A DNA stretch of 64,000 nucleotides, from contig NC_073379.1 in NCBI RefSeq assembly GCF_028641065.1, forward strand, positions 21,886,001 through 21,950,000, given 5' to 3'. Positions 63,391 to 64,000 of the stretch are shown in pieces. Positions within the stretch are counted from its first letter, which is position 1. Each line of letters opens with the position of its first letter. A model generated the notes under the pieces. That model was not told the origin of the DNA. It saw only the letters and a list, made by a program, of their open reading frames with translations, and searched no databases. The position numbers and the translations under genes are program-made. This stretch comes from Leucoraja erinacea (Eukaryota).

Positions 63391-64000
63391 GTAAGTTTGC
63401 TTGGGTATGGATATGGTTTAATTGTTGTTAATAAGAACATTTTATTGTTAGAGTTCAGAACGTTTGGGAAAGAGCAAATAAAATGGGCCAGAGGCAAATT
63501 GGAGGCTGGGAAGCAACGTGCAATTGTGGACTCTACAATGCAACACTGAGCAAATGGTCCTCGAGGGGCTGAGAGCAGGTTAATCCTCGGGCTGAAAGTT
63601 CTGTGGGATGGTTGAATAGACTGGGCTTGTGTATTCTTCAGGAGAGAAGGGGGTACTTCATCAAGCAGTTTAAATTGATTTTTACTTGAAAGGGTCAAAT
63701 GAGTGAAAGATTTCCTCTAGACGAGAGTTGAACCGAGGGAGCTGGGAGTACCAAGGAAAAGCGAGACTTGGTGTGCAAGTCTGAGCTATTCTGAAGGTTA
63801 CGGCACAGGTAGATAATATGGTTAGCTGGGGCACAGAATAGAAGAAAAAGGGCGGCACAGTGATGCAGCTGGTGGAGTTGCTGCCTCCCTGCCCCAGACC
63901 TAGGTTCAAATCTGATCTTATGGGGAAGTTTGCGTGGAATCTGCACAATCTACCTGTAACCGAGTGAGTTTCATCTGACATGCCACAGGTGTGTAGGTTT

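Overview
Vertebrate genomic DNA, most likely a cartilaginous fish (skate/ray-like; inferred from the HE1-type SINE, CR1 and Penelope repeat landscape), and dominated by repeats. Two host genes lie head-to-head about 19 kb apart. The first is the 5' end of UBA6 (minus strand; exons at ~11273-11600, 7698-7761 and 5997-6091). The second is a Siglec-15-like receptor (plus strand; at least 5 coding exons from 30900 to ~42197) that keeps the sialic-acid-binding Arg but lacks the transmembrane Lys. A possible signal-peptide exon of a third gene is at 63342-63390. Mobile DNA includes a full-length, nearly intact L1 with a 16-bp TSD, two Tc1 copies, a Harbinger element with related MITEs, L2, Rex1, CR1 and Penelope fragments, a class I ERV remnant, hAT MITEs (two only 38 and 24 bp long) and a ~7-kb decayed satellite with a ~200-bp unit. 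The most notable observation is three copies of a ~135-bp retroposon with 12-13-bp TSDs whose 5' 54 nt fold into a minimal HDV/CPEB3-like self-cleaving ribozyme. A second RNA system is the many short Penelope-derived inserts carrying a minimal hammerhead ribozyme core. All calls were made by eye with no database search; repeat boundaries are approximate unless a TSD or TIR is given.
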